This document shows, piece after piece, positions 47,764 to 58,230 of a DNA stretch of 64,000 nucleotides. The notes under the pieces are model-generated. The model ran no database searches and was not told where the DNA came from. It worked only from the letters and a program-made list of their open reading frames with translations. Numbering within the stretch: the first letter of the stretch is position 1; every line of letters starts with the position of its first letter. This DNA is from Longimicrobiales bacterium (GTDB taxonomy: Bacteria; Gemmatimonadota; Gemmatimonadetes; Longimicrobiales; Gaopeijiaceae): contig OZ250165.1 of the NCBI GenBank assembly GCA_965238005.1, positions 1,504,001 through 1,568,000 on the forward strand, in the 5' to 3' direction. The position numbers and the translations under genes were made by a program.

Positions 47764-48309
47764 GTGCCCGCCGGGATCTCCCCGGGGCACCCACCTTCCG
47801 GCAGTCGAGCATTGAGCGAGTTGACGCCTCCCCCCGTGGTCGACTGGACCGCATCTCAGCCCGGTGACCCCATGTGGATGGCCCGGGCCGTGGAGATGGC
47901 CAGGGTGGCCGGCTCGCAGGGGGAGGTGCCTGTGGGCGCTGTGCTCACCCGGGACGGCCGACTCCTGGCCGAAGGGTACAACCTGACCGTCACGGCCAAG
48001 GACCCTACTGCGCATGCGGAGGTCGTGGTGCTCCGCAAGGCTGCGGAGCGGCTCGGCGACTGGAGGCTCCTTGAGTGCACGCTCTACGTTACCCTGGAGC
48101 CGTGCGCCATGTGTGCCGGGGCATTGGTCCTCTCTCGCCTTCCGCGCCTCGTGTTCGGAGCGTCGGACCCCAAGGCCGGAATGGTGGGAAGCCTCGGTAA
48201 CCTGGTTCAGGACGAGCGACTGAATCACGCGATCGAGGTGACGGGGGAGGTGTTGGCCGATGCCTGTGGGATGCTGCTCGAGGAGTTCTTCCGGGCGCGA
48301 CGTGGGTAG
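47764..48309 (+). CDS. tadA: tRNA adenosine(34) deaminase
   Basis: GEVPVGA, DPTAHAE, TLEPCAMC and FF.ARR motifs; true start probably downstream. Confidence 0.92.
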   Translation: MPAGISPGHPPSGSRALSELTPPPVVDWTASQPGDPMWMARAVEMARVAGSQGEVPVGAVLTRDGRLLAEGYNLTVTAKDPTAHAEVVVLRKAAERLGDWRLLECTLYVTLEPCAMCAGALVLSRLPRLVFGASDPKAGMVGSLGNLVQDERLNHAIEVTGEVLADACGMLLEEFFRARRG

Positions 48310-48419
48310 GGGGGTGCGGCCGCTCGGACTGTGGATCGTCGCGATCCTGTTGGGCGGCCCTGCCAGACCGTGGGATCCGCGGGGTCTCCCTCCCCCTTCC
48401 CGCCAACCGGGGTCTCTGG

Positions 48420-48545
48420 GTGGTGCGGACCACGCTCGTGCACCCCGACTCGGTGCGAGCCATGGTGCGCCGGGCCGCCGACGCGGGCTTCAACACGTTG
48501 TTGGTCCAGGTTCGCGGCAGGGCGGACAGTTATTTCTCGGGCGGC
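48420..48545 (+). pseudogene. Glycosyl-hydrolase-like (GHL10/DUF187) N-terminal fragment
   Basis: V..A.DAGFNTLLVQVRGRADSYF, after which similarity is lost. Confidence 0.6.
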
Positions 48546-48701
48546 ATCGGTCGTCCCCCGCCCTGGTTTCGGGGGCCCAGGCCGCTCCGAGTATGTCGTC
48601 CACGCAGGCGGCGCCCAGCTCCAGCCCGAACTTCAGAATCGAACCGTGATCAGGACGCTCGGGGGGCGCCGAGGCGGATTGGGATGCTGGCACCGTGCGA
48701 G

Positions 48702-50717
48702 CTAGCGGGCCAGAGGGGGATACGTATCGAGGTCGGTATCTCGGACGACTACCGAGGTTCCCAGAAGCCTGAGGAAGCCCACCAGAATCCCGACGCCCAG
48801 CAGCAGCGCGACCCAGACCGGGAGGCCCAGGGCCGTTCCCAGGTCACCGACGGCCATTCCCAGGGCCGCTACGAGTAGCGCGTACGGCAGCTGGGTCTTC
48901 ACGTGGTCCACGTGATCGCACGCCGCCGCCGTGGAGCTGAGCACCGTCGTGTCCGAGATCGGCGAGCAGTGATCGCCGAAGATCGCTCCGGCCAGGACCG
49001 AGCTGATGGCGCCGAGCAGGATCGAGTATTCGCCGGCCACCATGAATCCCTCGCCCCCTCCGAGGCTGACGGTGAGGGGGATCACCACCGGGATGAGGAT
49101 GGCCATGGTGGCCCAGGACGTTCCCGTGGCGAAGGCCATGGTCGCAGCCGTGAGGAACACCAGCATTGGGATGACCTCGATGGGAAACGCGTCGCTGAGA
49201 ATCTGAGCGAGGTACTGTGCGGTCCCCAGATCGTTGGTGACCTGTCCCAATGACCACGCCATGGTGAGGATGATCATCGCCATGAGCATCGCCTTCATGC
49301 CGGCCAGCAAGGCGTCCAGTGACTCCTTGACGGAGAGGATCCGCTGGGTGACCGAGAGGACGATGGCCACGAAGCAGCCGGCGAACGAACCCCACAGGAG
49401 CGTGGCGAAGGGATCGGCGGCCCCGAAGATGTCCATGAGACGGGCGTTGGTTCCCACGGAGGCCCTCCCGCTCGTGTAGAGCCCGGTCAACACCACCAGG
49501 ATCACGGTCACTATGGGGATCGTCGCGTTGTACCACCGCGGGACGACCCCTTCAGCGGGCTGCAGGAGCGAGTCCGAGGTGTCCACCGCGAGCTGTGCTC
49601 CCGAGCGGTAGAGCCCGTCGCCGGCGGCCGCCCGGCGCTCTGCTACGGCCATGGGTCCGAAGTCGCGGTTGGTGATGGACGTGATGAACACGAAGGCGAG
49701 AGCCAGAAGCGGATAGAACAGATAAGGGATGGTGCCGATGAAGACCGCGAACGGGCTGACGGACGAGAGTGTCTCTATGAGCGCCGGATCCACGCCGGGC
49801 TGTGCTGCAGCGATCCTCATGCCGTCGGCGATGAGGGAGATCTCGTATCCCACCCAGGTCGAGATGGGGACCATGGCCGCTACAGGGGCGGCGGTGGAGT
49901 CCACGATGTAGGCGAGCTTCTCCCTGGAGATCTTCAGGCGATCAGTGATGGGCCGCATCGTGTTTCCGACGATGAGCGTGTTGGCGTAGTCGTCGAAGAA
50001 GATGGCCAGCCCTGCCAGCCACGTTGCGATCTTGCCACGCCGGCTCGTGCTGGCGAAGGGGCTCACGGCGTCGACGATGCCCTGGGTGCCGCCGTTCCTG
50101 GCCACGATGCCCACCAGACCACCCAACAGGAGGGAGAAGACGACGATCTGGGTGTGCCCCCCGTCCACGTCACCCAGGGCCGGCACCGCATACGTGTCGA
50201 TGGTGCGCCAGAGCGCCGAGAGCGGGTTATAGCCCGCCACGGCCAGGGCGCCCAACCAGATGCCCGCCAGAAGGGCCGTGAGGACCTCTCGGAAGATCAG
50301 TGCGAGGAGGATCGCGACCAGGGGTGGAACGAGCGAGAACCAACCGGGCGCGTACGGTCGTGCGATCTGGTGGGTGGTGTCACCGATGCTGACCGTAAGC
50401 GGAAGCCCGTCACGACCGCGAACCACCAAGTCGGTCGCCGTCACCGTCTCTCTCGGGGCGACGGTCCCGGAGCTCAGAAGCGTCCCCTGGGCATCTCGGA
50501 CTTCATACCCGAGAGAGGTGTCACCTCCGCCCGAGACGTCGAGTGTGAACGGCACTCCGCCGAGGATCACCTTCGGCGCATTGGTCACTTCCTGACCGAG
50601 GGCGGCCTGGGGCCCGAACGCCGCGAGAGAGGTCGCCAGCAGGAAGAGGCGGGGCATGGAGCTCAGACGCATAGGGGCCGTTTCAACGGTGTTGAGTGTG
50701 GTCAAACGGGCGTTCAT
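48702..50717 (-). CDS. NhaC-family Na+/H+ antiporter-like transporter
   Basis: IFFDDYAN, SREKLAYIVDSTAAP, GTSW and GDHCSPISDTT motifs. Confidence 0.9.
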   Translation of the reverse strand: MNARLTTLNTVETAPMRLSSMPRLFLLATSLAAFGPQAALGQEVTNAPKVILGGVPFTLDVSGGGDTSLGYEVRDAQGTLLSSGTVAPRETVTATDLVVRGRDGLPLTVSIGDTTHQIARPYAPGWFSLVPPLVAILLALIFREVLTALLAGIWLGALAVAGYNPLSALWRTIDTYAVPALGDVDGGHTQIVVFSLLLGGLVGIVARNGGTQGIVDAVSPFASTSRRGKIATWLAGLAIFFDDYANTLIVGNTMRPITDRLKISREKLAYIVDSTAAPVAAMVPISTWVGYEISLIADGMRIAAAQPGVDPALIETLSSVSPFAVFIGTIPYLFYPLLALAFVFITSITNRDFGPMAVAERRAAAGDGLYRSGAQLAVDTSDSLLQPAEGVVPRWYNATIPIVTVILVVLTGLYTSGRASVGTNARLMDIFGAADPFATLLWGSFAGCFVAIVLSVTQRILSVKESLDALLAGMKAMLMAMIILTMAWSLGQVTNDLGTAQYLAQILSDAFPIEVIPMLVFLTAATMAFATGTSWATMAILIPVVIPLTVSLGGGEGFMVAGEYSILLGAISSVLAGAIFGDHCSPISDTTVLSSTAAACDHVDHVKTQLPYALLVAALGMAVGDLGTALGLPVWVALLLGVGILVGFLRLLGTSVVVRDTDLDTYPPLAR

Positions 50718-50880
50718 GATGCCCGGCCGTCGTTCCCTTGTAAAGCCCCGGCACCTTGTCTACCTTCCGGCGCCCTGGACGCGTAATACGAACCCCGGGG
50801 GCCGGCTCCACCGGGGATCGGCCTTCGGGGATTGGCGCGTATAGGCCTCTAGACAGGAGCTTTCACTGCACGTCTCGATC

Positions 50881-51414
50881 ATGGACGAACAGGCGGTTCG
50901 GCGGGCCGTCGCACGGATGGCCCGCGAGCTCGTCGAGCAGAACGAAGGACCCAGCGATCTTGCCCTTCTGGGAATCCAGCGCCGCGGGGTGCAGATCGCC
51001 CATCTGATCCAAGCCGAGGTTGAGCGGGCAGAGGGCGTGGCCCTCCCTGTAGGTACCCTGGATATCACCCTCTACCGGGACGACCTGATGGCCATCGGAC
51101 CCCGGCCGGTGGTGGGCGAGTCCGTCCTACCAGCCGGCGGCGTGGATGAGCGTGCGGTGGTGCTCGTGGACGACGTCATCTTCACCGGACGCACCATTCG
51201 GGCGGCCCTGAACGAGCTCATGGATTGGGGACGGCCGTCGCGAGTGTTTCTCTGCGTGCTGGTCGATCGAGGCGGGCGCGAGATCCCGATTCAGCCGGAT
51301 GTCGTGGGACGGGTGGTGTCGGTGCTCCCCGACCAGACCGTGGACGTGAGCGTGCCCGAGCTCGACGACAAGCTCGCGGTGGACATCGTGCCGGTCCCAC
51401 CGGAGGCGGCATGA
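50881..51414 (+). CDS. pyrR: Pyrimidine operon regulator/UPRTase
   Basis: [26 protein letters not shown] and DRG.RE.PI motifs. Confidence 0.95.
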   Translation: MDEQAVRRAVARMARELVEQNEGPSDLALLGIQRRGVQIAHLIQAEVERAEGVALPVGTLDITLYRDDLMAIGPRPVVGESVLPAGGVDERAVVLVDDVIFTGRTIRAALNELMDWGRPSRVFLCVLVDRGGREIPIQPDVVGRVVSVLPDQTVDVSVPELDDKLAVDIVPVPPEAA

Positions 51415-52382
51415 ATCGAACGGCCTCTTCCATCGGCAAGGACCTGGTCGGCCTCGAGCACCTCACCTCTCAGCAGATTCTCACCATTCTCGACATCGCG
51501 GAGCCCTTCAAGGAGATCTCCGAGCGGCGCATCAAGAAGGTCCCGGTTCTCCGCGGAAAGACGATCGTCAATCTCTTCTTCGAGCCTTCGACTCGAACCC
51601 GGGTCTCCTTCGAGTTCGCCGAGAAGCGTCTGAGCGCCGACACGGTGAACATCTCGTCCAGCGGCTCCTCGGTGGTGAAGGGCGAGACCCTAGTGGACTC
51701 GGCTCGGAACCTGGAGGCCATGAGGATCGACATGGTGGTCATGCGCCACGGCTCGTCCGGCGCAGCCAAGTTCCTGGCGGAGCGAATTCCCTCCATGGTC
51801 ATCAACGCCGGCGACGGAAGCCATGAGCATCCCACGCAGGCTCTTCTGGACATGCTCACGATCCGGGACCACCTGGGCCGGATCGAGGGCCTCAAGGTCT
51901 GCATCGTAGGAGACATCCTGCACTCGAGGGTGGCCCGGTCCAACATCTACGGGCTCGTCAAGCTCGGAGCCGAGGTGGCCGTGTGCGGTCCGAAGACCCT
52001 GCTCCCCATGAGGATCTCCGATCTCGGGGTGACGGTCTTCCAGCGGATCGAAGAAGCCATCGAGTGGGCCGACGTCCTCAACATCCTTCGTCTTCAGCTG
52101 GAGCGCATGGAGGGGGGATACCTCCCGAGCCTGCGCGAGTACAACCGGGTTTGGGGGGTCTCGCAGGCTCGCCTGGATCAAGCGCCCAAGGATCTGCTCA
52201 TCATGCACCCGGGCCCCATGAACCGCGGCGTGGAGATCGATAGTGATGTCGCGGACGGGCCGCACTCGGTGATTCTCCAGCAGGTGACGAACGGCGTGGC
52301 GGTCCGTATGGCGGTTCTCTACCTGCTCGCCGGGGGCGAGCCCGATACCGCCGAGGCCGCCAAGGAGGGTGGAGAGGGGTGA
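51411..52382 (+). CDS. pyrB: Aspartate carbamoyltransferase catalytic subunit
   Basis: [16 protein letters not shown] and HPGP.NRG motifs. Confidence 0.97.
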   Translation: MNRTASSIGKDLVGLEHLTSQQILTILDIAEPFKEISERRIKKVPVLRGKTIVNLFFEPSTRTRVSFEFAEKRLSADTVNISSSGSSVVKGETLVDSARNLEAMRIDMVVMRHGSSGAAKFLAERIPSMVINAGDGSHEHPTQALLDMLTIRDHLGRIEGLKVCIVGDILHSRVARSNIYGLVKLGAEVAVCGPKTLLPMRISDLGVTVFQRIEEAIEWADVLNILRLQLERMEGGYLPSLREYNRVWGVSQARLDQAPKDLLIMHPGPMNRGVEIDSDVADGPHSVILQQVTNGVAVRMAVLYLLAGGEPDTAEAAKEGGEG

Positions 52383-53668
52383 GTCGCCCTCTTCTGATAC
52401 GAGGCGGCCGGGTGCTAGACCCCAGCCAGGACCTGGATGCCAGGAGAGATGTCCTCGTCGTTGACGGGCTGGTCGCCGGCGTGGGCGAGGGGCTCGACGC
52501 TCCGGAGGGGGCGCAGGAGATCGACGCGTCGGGTCTGCTCGTCGCTCCCGGCCTCATCGACGTCCACGTCCACTTCCGGGAGCCCGGAGGGGAGCACAAG
52601 GAGACCATCGCCACGGGAGCGAGGACCGCGGCCGCCGGTGGATTCACCGCCGTGTGCGCCATGCCCAACACCGATCCTGTGGTCGACGACCCGGCCGGCG
52701 TCGGTTTCGTTCTGGCCCAGGGAGCCGCTGCCCAAGCGGCCAGGGTCTATCCTGTCGGCGCCATCTCGCAGGGCCAAGAGGGCCGGCAGCTAGCGGCCAT
52801 CGGAGAGATGGTGGAGGCCGGAGCCGTCGGCATCACCGACGATGGGAATCCGGTCATGAACTCCGGGCTCATGCGGCGGGCCATGGAATACGCCCAGGCG
52901 TTCGACGTGCCCGTGGCGGACCATCCGGAGGATTTGGGACTCTCGGGGCAGGGGGTCATGAACGAGGGCCTGGTATCGACCAGGCTGGGCCTGAGAGGCA
53001 AGCCCAACGCCTCCGAGGACGTCCACATCGTCCGTGACCTGTTGCTGGCCGAGCTCACGGGAGGCCGTATCCATCTCCAACACGTGTCCACGGCCTACGG
53101 CGTGGAGGCGATCCGGCAGGCCAAGGCGCGAGGCGTGAGCGTCACGGCCGAGGCGTCGCCTCACCACCTCGTTCTCACGGACGAGGCGGTGGAGGGCTAC
53201 GACACCGATGCGAAGATGAATCCCCCCCTCCGCCCGGCCGTCGATCGCGAGGCAGTCCGCCAGGGGCTGGCCGACGGGACCCTTTGCGTCCTGGCCACCG
53301 ACCACGCGCCTCATCATTATGACGAGAAGGAGCAGGCCTTCGACGATGCCCCCAACGGCATCGTCGGTCTCGAGACGTCCCTTGGACTGGCTCTCACCCA
53401 CGTGGTGGGCGAGGACGTCATCGACCTGCCCACGCTGGTCGACCGCATGAGCTGTGGCCCGGCGCGGGCCTTCGGCCTCCCGGGAGGCTCTCTGTCCGAC
53501 GGCTCGGTCGGCGATGTCACCATCATCGACCTGGAAGAGGCGTGGACGGTGGATCGGGCGGCCTTCTTGTCGAGGAGTCGAAACACGCCATTCCACGGTT
53601 GGGAGCTCACCGGGCGCGCCCGGATCACGATCGTAGGGGGAGAGGTCGTCTGGCAGTCGAACGGCTAG
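52379..53668 (+). CDS. pyrC: Dihydroorotase
   Basis: [21 protein letters not shown] and ATDHAPH motifs. Confidence 0.95.
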   Translation: MSRPLLIRGGRVLDPSQDLDARRDVLVVDGLVAGVGEGLDAPEGAQEIDASGLLVAPGLIDVHVHFREPGGEHKETIATGARTAAAGGFTAVCAMPNTDPVVDDPAGVGFVLAQGAAAQAARVYPVGAISQGQEGRQLAAIGEMVEAGAVGITDDGNPVMNSGLMRRAMEYAQAFDVPVADHPEDLGLSGQGVMNEGLVSTRLGLRGKPNASEDVHIVRDLLLAELTGGRIHLQHVSTAYGVEAIRQAKARGVSVTAEASPHHLVLTDEAVEGYDTDAKMNPPLRPAVDREAVRQGLADGTLCVLATDHAPHHYDEKEQAFDDAPNGIVGLETSLGLALTHVVGEDVIDLPTLVDRMSCGPARAFGLPGGSLSDGSVGDVTIIDLEEAWTVDRAAFLSRSRNTPFHGWELTGRARITIVGGEVVWQSNG

Positions 53669-53675
53669 AGAAGCC

Positions 53676-54617
53676 CTACAGCGGGATCCGAAGCCCCTCT
53701 CGCGCTACCTCGAATCCTCTTCGCTGAATCTCCCGTTCCTGGGGACCGCGACGGTCCAGCGCCGGGTTCGTGTTGTTCAGGTGGATGAAGACGACCCGAC
53801 TCCGGCTCCCGGCCACGTCCTCCAGGAGGTCCATGCTGTGGGGGATGAGGGGGTGGGGAATGTCTTCTATGTTTCGGCCCGGCACCTCGTCGCCCGAATA
53901 GAAGCTCCCGTCGATGAGGGCGACATCCACCTCGGCTACGACGTCCACCACAGGCCGGTCCCACTCCTCCCAGGAATCGATGTCCGGCACGTATAGGATC
54001 GTCCGCCGAGGCCCACGGAACATGTACCCCACGGTGTCCGAGAACTCCGGGCGATGGGGCACGGGCACCATCCGGACGTCGATGAGCCCGTCCACGTTGG
54101 TCCAACGGTCCATGGGAATACGGGGGAACTCGAGCCGGCCCTCGTCTACCAGCAGGCTCCACGGGGCGTTCTCGGTGAGGAGGCGCTCCATGGCGGGCGA
54201 GCAGTAGCAGGGTGTGGGCTGGATGCCCAGGCCCTCCCGGCCCAGAAGGGCGAGGCCCAGGTAGTGCCCCATGTGACCGTGCGTCAGGAAGATGCCGTCG
54301 AACGGGTCACGTCGGGTCGCCCGCTCACGAAAGGCAGGCTCCTCGATGAGATCCATCTGTGGAATGAGGTTCGGCGAGGCATCCACCAGATAGAAGCGCT
54401 CCGCCGCGGGGAAGACGAGGGCGAGGGAGGCTACGTAGCGAGGTGGCTCCGAACGGGCCCGATCGCACCGCTCGCTATAGCACCCCGCCTGCGGCAGCCC
54501 GCCGTCCTGAACCACACCCAGGACGAGCACATAGGGCTCCGCTTGCCGAAAGAGGTGACGCGGCGCACCGGCCGCGAGGAGCGCAGAGCCCAGAAACGCC
54601 CGGCGTGACAGCGTCAC
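53676..54617 (-). CDS. PqqB-like MBL-fold hydrolase with a Tat signal
   Basis: SRRAFL, LG..QDGG.PQ.GC, THGHMGH and IHLNNTNP motifs. Confidence 0.8.
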   Translation of the reverse strand: MTLSRRAFLGSALLAAGAPRHLFRQAEPYVLVLGVVQDGGLPQAGCYSERCDRARSEPPRYVASLALVFPAAERFYLVDASPNLIPQMDLIEEPAFRERATRRDPFDGIFLTHGHMGHYLGLALLGREGLGIQPTPCYCSPAMERLLTENAPWSLLVDEGRLEFPRIPMDRWTNVDGLIDVRMVPVPHRPEFSDTVGYMFRGPRRTILYVPDIDSWEEWDRPVVDVVAEVDVALIDGSFYSGDEVPGRNIEDIPHPLIPHSMDLLEDVAGSRSRVVFIHLNNTNPALDRRGPQEREIQRRGFEVAREGLRIPL

Positions 54618-54775
54618 GGATGGATCGATCTACGAAGCCGGGTCGTAGACCCGCTCCATCGTGAAGTTCTTCATCGGTCACCTCCCTGCAGAACAGCTTC
54701 TCGACGGAGGGATCGTACTCTGCAGACTAACCGCCCATGCCCCCGCCGCAAGTGGTCGGGGGGTGCGTCATGGGC

Positions 54776-54812
54776 ACAAAAAAACCCGGTCGGCGTGAGC
54801 CGACCGAGCCCC
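54776..54812 (-). terminator. Intrinsic terminator of rpsT
   Basis: CGGTCGGC-TCAC-GCCGACCG stem followed by a T-run on the minus strand. Confidence 0.75.
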
Positions 54813-54842
54813 GGTGCGGTGCGGACCGGTAGGCGGGACGAC

Positions 54843-55097
54843 CTAGGCCATCCCGTTTACTTTGCGTGCCAGGTTGCTCTTCATGCGCGCCACCGTATTC
54901 GGATGCATCAGCCGGCTGGTGGCGGCGCGGTCGAGAAGCACCTGGACGCGCTTGTATGCGGCTTGGGCGCTGGTGGCGTCTTCGGCCTGCTGGACTCGCT
55001 TGACAGCCGTCCGCAGCCGTGACCGCTCGGCCCGGTTACGCTCGTTGGCGGCGCGGCTCAAGCGCATCCGCTTCTTGGCACTCTTGATGTTCGGCAT
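54843..55097 (-). CDS. rpsT: 30S ribosomal protein S20
   Basis: MPNIKSAKKR...H.N..AR.KS.L. Confidence 0.97.
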   Translation of the reverse strand: MPNIKSAKKRMRLSRAANERNRAERSRLRTAVKRVQQAEDATSAQAAYKRVQVLLDRAATSRLMHPNTVARMKSNLARKVNGMA

Positions 55098-55228
55098 TCA
55101 GATCCCTAAACCTTAGCGCTGCCTTCCAAATCAGCGTGAAATTATATCCCAAAGGGCAAGGCCGATCAAGAACCGGTCGGTACGCGCTGGAGGTAGCCCC
55201 CGCAGGGCATCCCGGGTACCTTCCGGCA

Positions 55229-55882
55229 ATGGATCTTCTGTCCCTTCTTCCCGCGCTCATCTTCTCGATCGTGGTGCACGAGGTGGCGCACGCGTGGGTG
55301 GCTCTCAGGGAGGGCGACGACACCGCCCAGCAGCTCGGACGGATCACCCTCAATCCCGTCTCCCACATGGATCTGACGGGGTCGTTCCTCGTCCCGGTCG
55401 CCCTGTACTTCATGGCGAACGGCCTGATCTTCGGGTGGGCGAAACCTGTGCCGATCGATCCCCGCAAGTTCAGAAACTACAGGAGTGGTGACATCAAAGT
55501 TTCGCTCGCCGGGATCGTTTCGAACCTGCTTCTGGCCGTGGTCTTCACCTTGTTGGTGCTGGCCATGGTGAAGCTCCAGATGGTGGCCGGCGGGGGGGAG
55601 GTTGTCCTGGGATTCCTGATCCGCTTGGCCCGGTTCGGGATCTTCATCAACCTCATTCTGGCCGTCTTCAACCTCATCCCGATTCCCCCCCTCGATGGGT
55701 CACACGTGATGTACCACCTGCTGCCACGGCGGTGGGGAGCGGCGTATCGTCAGGCAGGCCGTTACGGAATGCTCGTCCTCATGGGGCTCGTGTTTTTCTA
55801 TCCCCCGTTCTTCAGCTTCATACTCTGGCCCGTCCTGGCCCTCATGGGATTGGCCGATGCCTTCATCGATCTGTGGATCTGA
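55229..55882 (+). CDS. Site-2 protease (M50)
   Basis: HEVAH, GWAKPVP and FNLIPIPPLDG motifs. Confidence 0.92.
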   Translation: MDLLSLLPALIFSIVVHEVAHAWVALREGDDTAQQLGRITLNPVSHMDLTGSFLVPVALYFMANGLIFGWAKPVPIDPRKFRNYRSGDIKVSLAGIVSNLLLAVVFTLLVLAMVKLQMVAGGGEVVLGFLIRLARFGIFINLILAVFNLIPIPPLDGSHVMYHLLPRRWGAAYRQAGRYGMLVLMGLVFFYPPFFSFILWPVLALMGLADAFIDLWI

Positions 55883-56712
55883 CGCCCACCGCCAGTCCTC
55901 TCGCCCGAGAGGATTTCCTGGTCATCGATATCGAGCGGTTCCAGGGGCCCCTGGATCTGCTGCTTCATCTGATCCGGCAGCAGGACATCGACGTCTTCGA
56001 GATCCCCATCGCCCTGATCACACGCCAGTTCCTCACCGCTGTCCAGGGGATCGAAGCCAAAGACCTCGACAATGCCGCCGAGTTTCTGGATATGGCGGCC
56101 GGCCTCATCAGAATCAAGGCGCAGATGCTCCTGCCGAGGCACGGCGACGGAGAGGAAGAGGATCCAAGGGCGGAGCTCGTGCGCCGTCTCCTGGAGTACG
56201 AGCAGATCCGTGACATCAGCCAGCGGATAGCCAGCTCCGAAGCGGAGCGCGCCCGGCGGTTCGGGAAGGGCTTCTTGGAGCCACGCGTTCGCCCACCCTT
56301 GGAGGAGACCCCACTGGAGACCACCTGGGGGGACGTGTTCCTGGCAGCCCTCGAGGTGACGCCTCCCGAGCCCAGGATCCGGGCGCATCTCGTCGCCACC
56401 CGGCCTGTTGCCATGGAAGACAAGATGAACTTGATTCTCAGCACGCTCGATCGTGTGCGTCGGATCGAGTTCAGCAGGCTCGTCAAGCCATTCAAGAATC
56501 GTATCCACGGCGTGATGACGTTTCTCGCCGGGCTCGAGCTTACCCGGAGGCGGCGCGTGAAGCTTCGGCAGGTGAAGCCGTTCGCGGAGTTGTGGGTCTA
56601 TCGCGGCGTGGGAGCCACGGAAGAAACGGATGAGGACACCGAGGCTCGACGAGAAGATGGCTCCGAAGCCCTTGCTCCAGAGGGCCATGAAGGACAAGGA
56701 GAAGTGCCGTGA
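55873..56712 (+). CDS. scpA: Segregation/condensation protein A
   Basis: FQGPLDLLLHLI, DPRAELV.RL.EY and FLA.LEL motifs. Confidence 0.93.
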   Translation: MDLTPTASPLAREDFLVIDIERFQGPLDLLLHLIRQQDIDVFEIPIALITRQFLTAVQGIEAKDLDNAAEFLDMAAGLIRIKAQMLLPRHGDGEEEDPRAELVRRLLEYEQIRDISQRIASSEAERARRFGKGFLEPRVRPPLEETPLETTWGDVFLAALEVTPPEPRIRAHLVATRPVAMEDKMNLILSTLDRVRRIEFSRLVKPFKNRIHGVMTFLAGLELTRRRRVKLRQVKPFAELWVYRGVGATEETDEDTEARREDGSEALAPEGHEGQGEVP

Positions 56713-57458
56713 ACCCGGCTCAGGTCGTCGAAGCCGTCCTCTTTGCCTCCGATGCACCGCTTAGGACGGAGGAGATCGCCCGGGCAGACGAGGCCCTGAA
56801 CGAGGATCTGATCGAGGACGCCATCGGGGAGCTCAACGCCGCATACTCCGAGTCGGAGCGGGCCTTCGAGATCCGCGAGCTCGGGGAAGGATACCAGCTC
56901 CTGACCCGGCCCGAGTTCGCTCCCTACCTCGAGCGCTTCGACACCGTCCCGCGACCCTCCCGGCTGTCCGGCCCGGCGCTCGAGACCCTGGCCATCATCG
57001 CCTATCGCCAGCCCATCGGCCGCGTCGAGGTCGAATACATTCGGGGAGTCAGCTCGGCGGGGGTGATCCGCACGCTGATGGACCGTGCGCTGGTGGATGT
57101 GGTGGCTCGGGGCGAGGGCCTCGGCCGACCCCTCCTGTACGGCACGACTCAGCGCTTTCTCGAACACTTCGGCTTCCGCTCGCTGGATGACCTCCCCCGT
57201 CCAGAGGAGCTGCCCGTGATCCTCCGGGATCGCCCGCCCCTGGAGGATTCGCCCGGTGAGGAGATCGAGGCCCCGGAGGAGGCCCTGGGTGACATGCCGG
57301 AGTTGGGGGTCGAGGACATCCTTGCCAGCGAGGCCCCCCCGTCGGTGGCGGACGCCGGCGAAGATCTGGAGAGTGCCGAGGGGTCCCGGGCTCGCGGGAA
57401 CGGGGCGGCCGGAGACCCGATGCTTATCGAGGACCTCGAGGATACCGACTCCGACTGA
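56709..57458 (+). CDS. scpB: SMC-Scp complex subunit B
   Basis: EAVLF, LETLAIIAYRQP and GRP.LYGTT..FL..FG motifs. Confidence 0.95.
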   Translation: MNPAQVVEAVLFASDAPLRTEEIARADEALNEDLIEDAIGELNAAYSESERAFEIRELGEGYQLLTRPEFAPYLERFDTVPRPSRLSGPALETLAIIAYRQPIGRVEVEYIRGVSSAGVIRTLMDRALVDVVARGEGLGRPLLYGTTQRFLEHFGFRSLDDLPRPEELPVILRDRPPLEDSPGEEIEAPEEALGDMPELGVEDILASEAPPSVADAGEDLESAEGSRARGNGAAGDPMLIEDLEDTDSD

Positions 57459-57471
57459 GAACCGCGGTCCC

Positions 57472-58203
57472 ATGCGGATCCAGAAGTTCCTGTCGCGGGC
57501 CGGCGTAGCCTCGCGACGAAAGGCCGAGAACCTCGTCGAGGAGGGCCGGGTTAGGATCAACGGGGTCGTCACTACCGAGCTCGGCACGAAGGTCGATCCC
57601 GACCGCGACACCGTAGAGGTGGATGGCGAGTCAGTCTCGCTACCGCCATGCCGTTGGATCCGCTTCCACAAGCCTGTCGGGGTGCTCACCACCGTGGAAG
57701 ACACTCACGTCAGGGCCACGATCTACGACCGGTTACCCGACGAGTATGGCGCCCTGCGGTATGTCGGCCGCCTCGACATGGAGACCGAGGGGTTGCTGTT
57801 GCTCACCAACGACGGGGACCTGGCGAACCGGCTGCAACATCCACGCACTCAGGTGGAGCGAGAGTACGAAGTGCGGGTAAAAGGTATGCCGACCGAGAAG
57901 GTCATCGAACGTCTTCGGCGGGGTGTGGAGCTCGACGACGGCTGGGCTCGCCCCACCCGTGTCGATCCGGGGCGGCCGGAAGAGGGCTGTGGGACGCTGA
58001 GGTTGGTGCTCACCGAAGGCCGCAAGCGTGAGGTGAGGAGGCTCTTGGAGGCCGTCGGTCACCCTGTGGTGGCCTTGAGACGGGTTCGGTTCGGTCCCAT
58101 TCGCCTGGGCTACCTGCCCGCGGGCGAGTGGGAGGAGCTGGACGACGAAGACATTCAGGCCCTCGAGCGATGCGTCGAGGACCGTGACCCGAATAGAGTG
58201 TGA
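57472..58203 (+). CDS. rluB: rRNA pseudouridine synthase (RluB/RsuA family)
   Basis: S4 domain, GRLD..TEGLLLLTNDG and EGRKREVRR motifs. Confidence 0.88.
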   Translation: MRIQKFLSRAGVASRRKAENLVEEGRVRINGVVTTELGTKVDPDRDTVEVDGESVSLPPCRWIRFHKPVGVLTTVEDTHVRATIYDRLPDEYGALRYVGRLDMETEGLLLLTNDGDLANRLQHPRTQVEREYEVRVKGMPTEKVIERLRRGVELDDGWARPTRVDPGRPEEGCGTLRLVLTEGRKREVRRLLEAVGHPVVALRRVRFGPIRLGYLPAGEWEELDDEDIQALERCVEDRDPNRV

Positions 58204-58230
58204 TATCGAACTTCGGAAACTGAACACTAG

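Noticed and set aside
50720..50880. PyrR attenuator upstream of pyrR
   Set aside because: A GC hairpin is present, but no clear PyrR-binding loop consensus or U-tract terminator.
54630..54674. PqqA precursor
   Set aside because: Spacing is ExxY rather than ExxxY, the peptide is shorter than PqqA, and no pqqCDE are present; kept only as a speculative small ORF.
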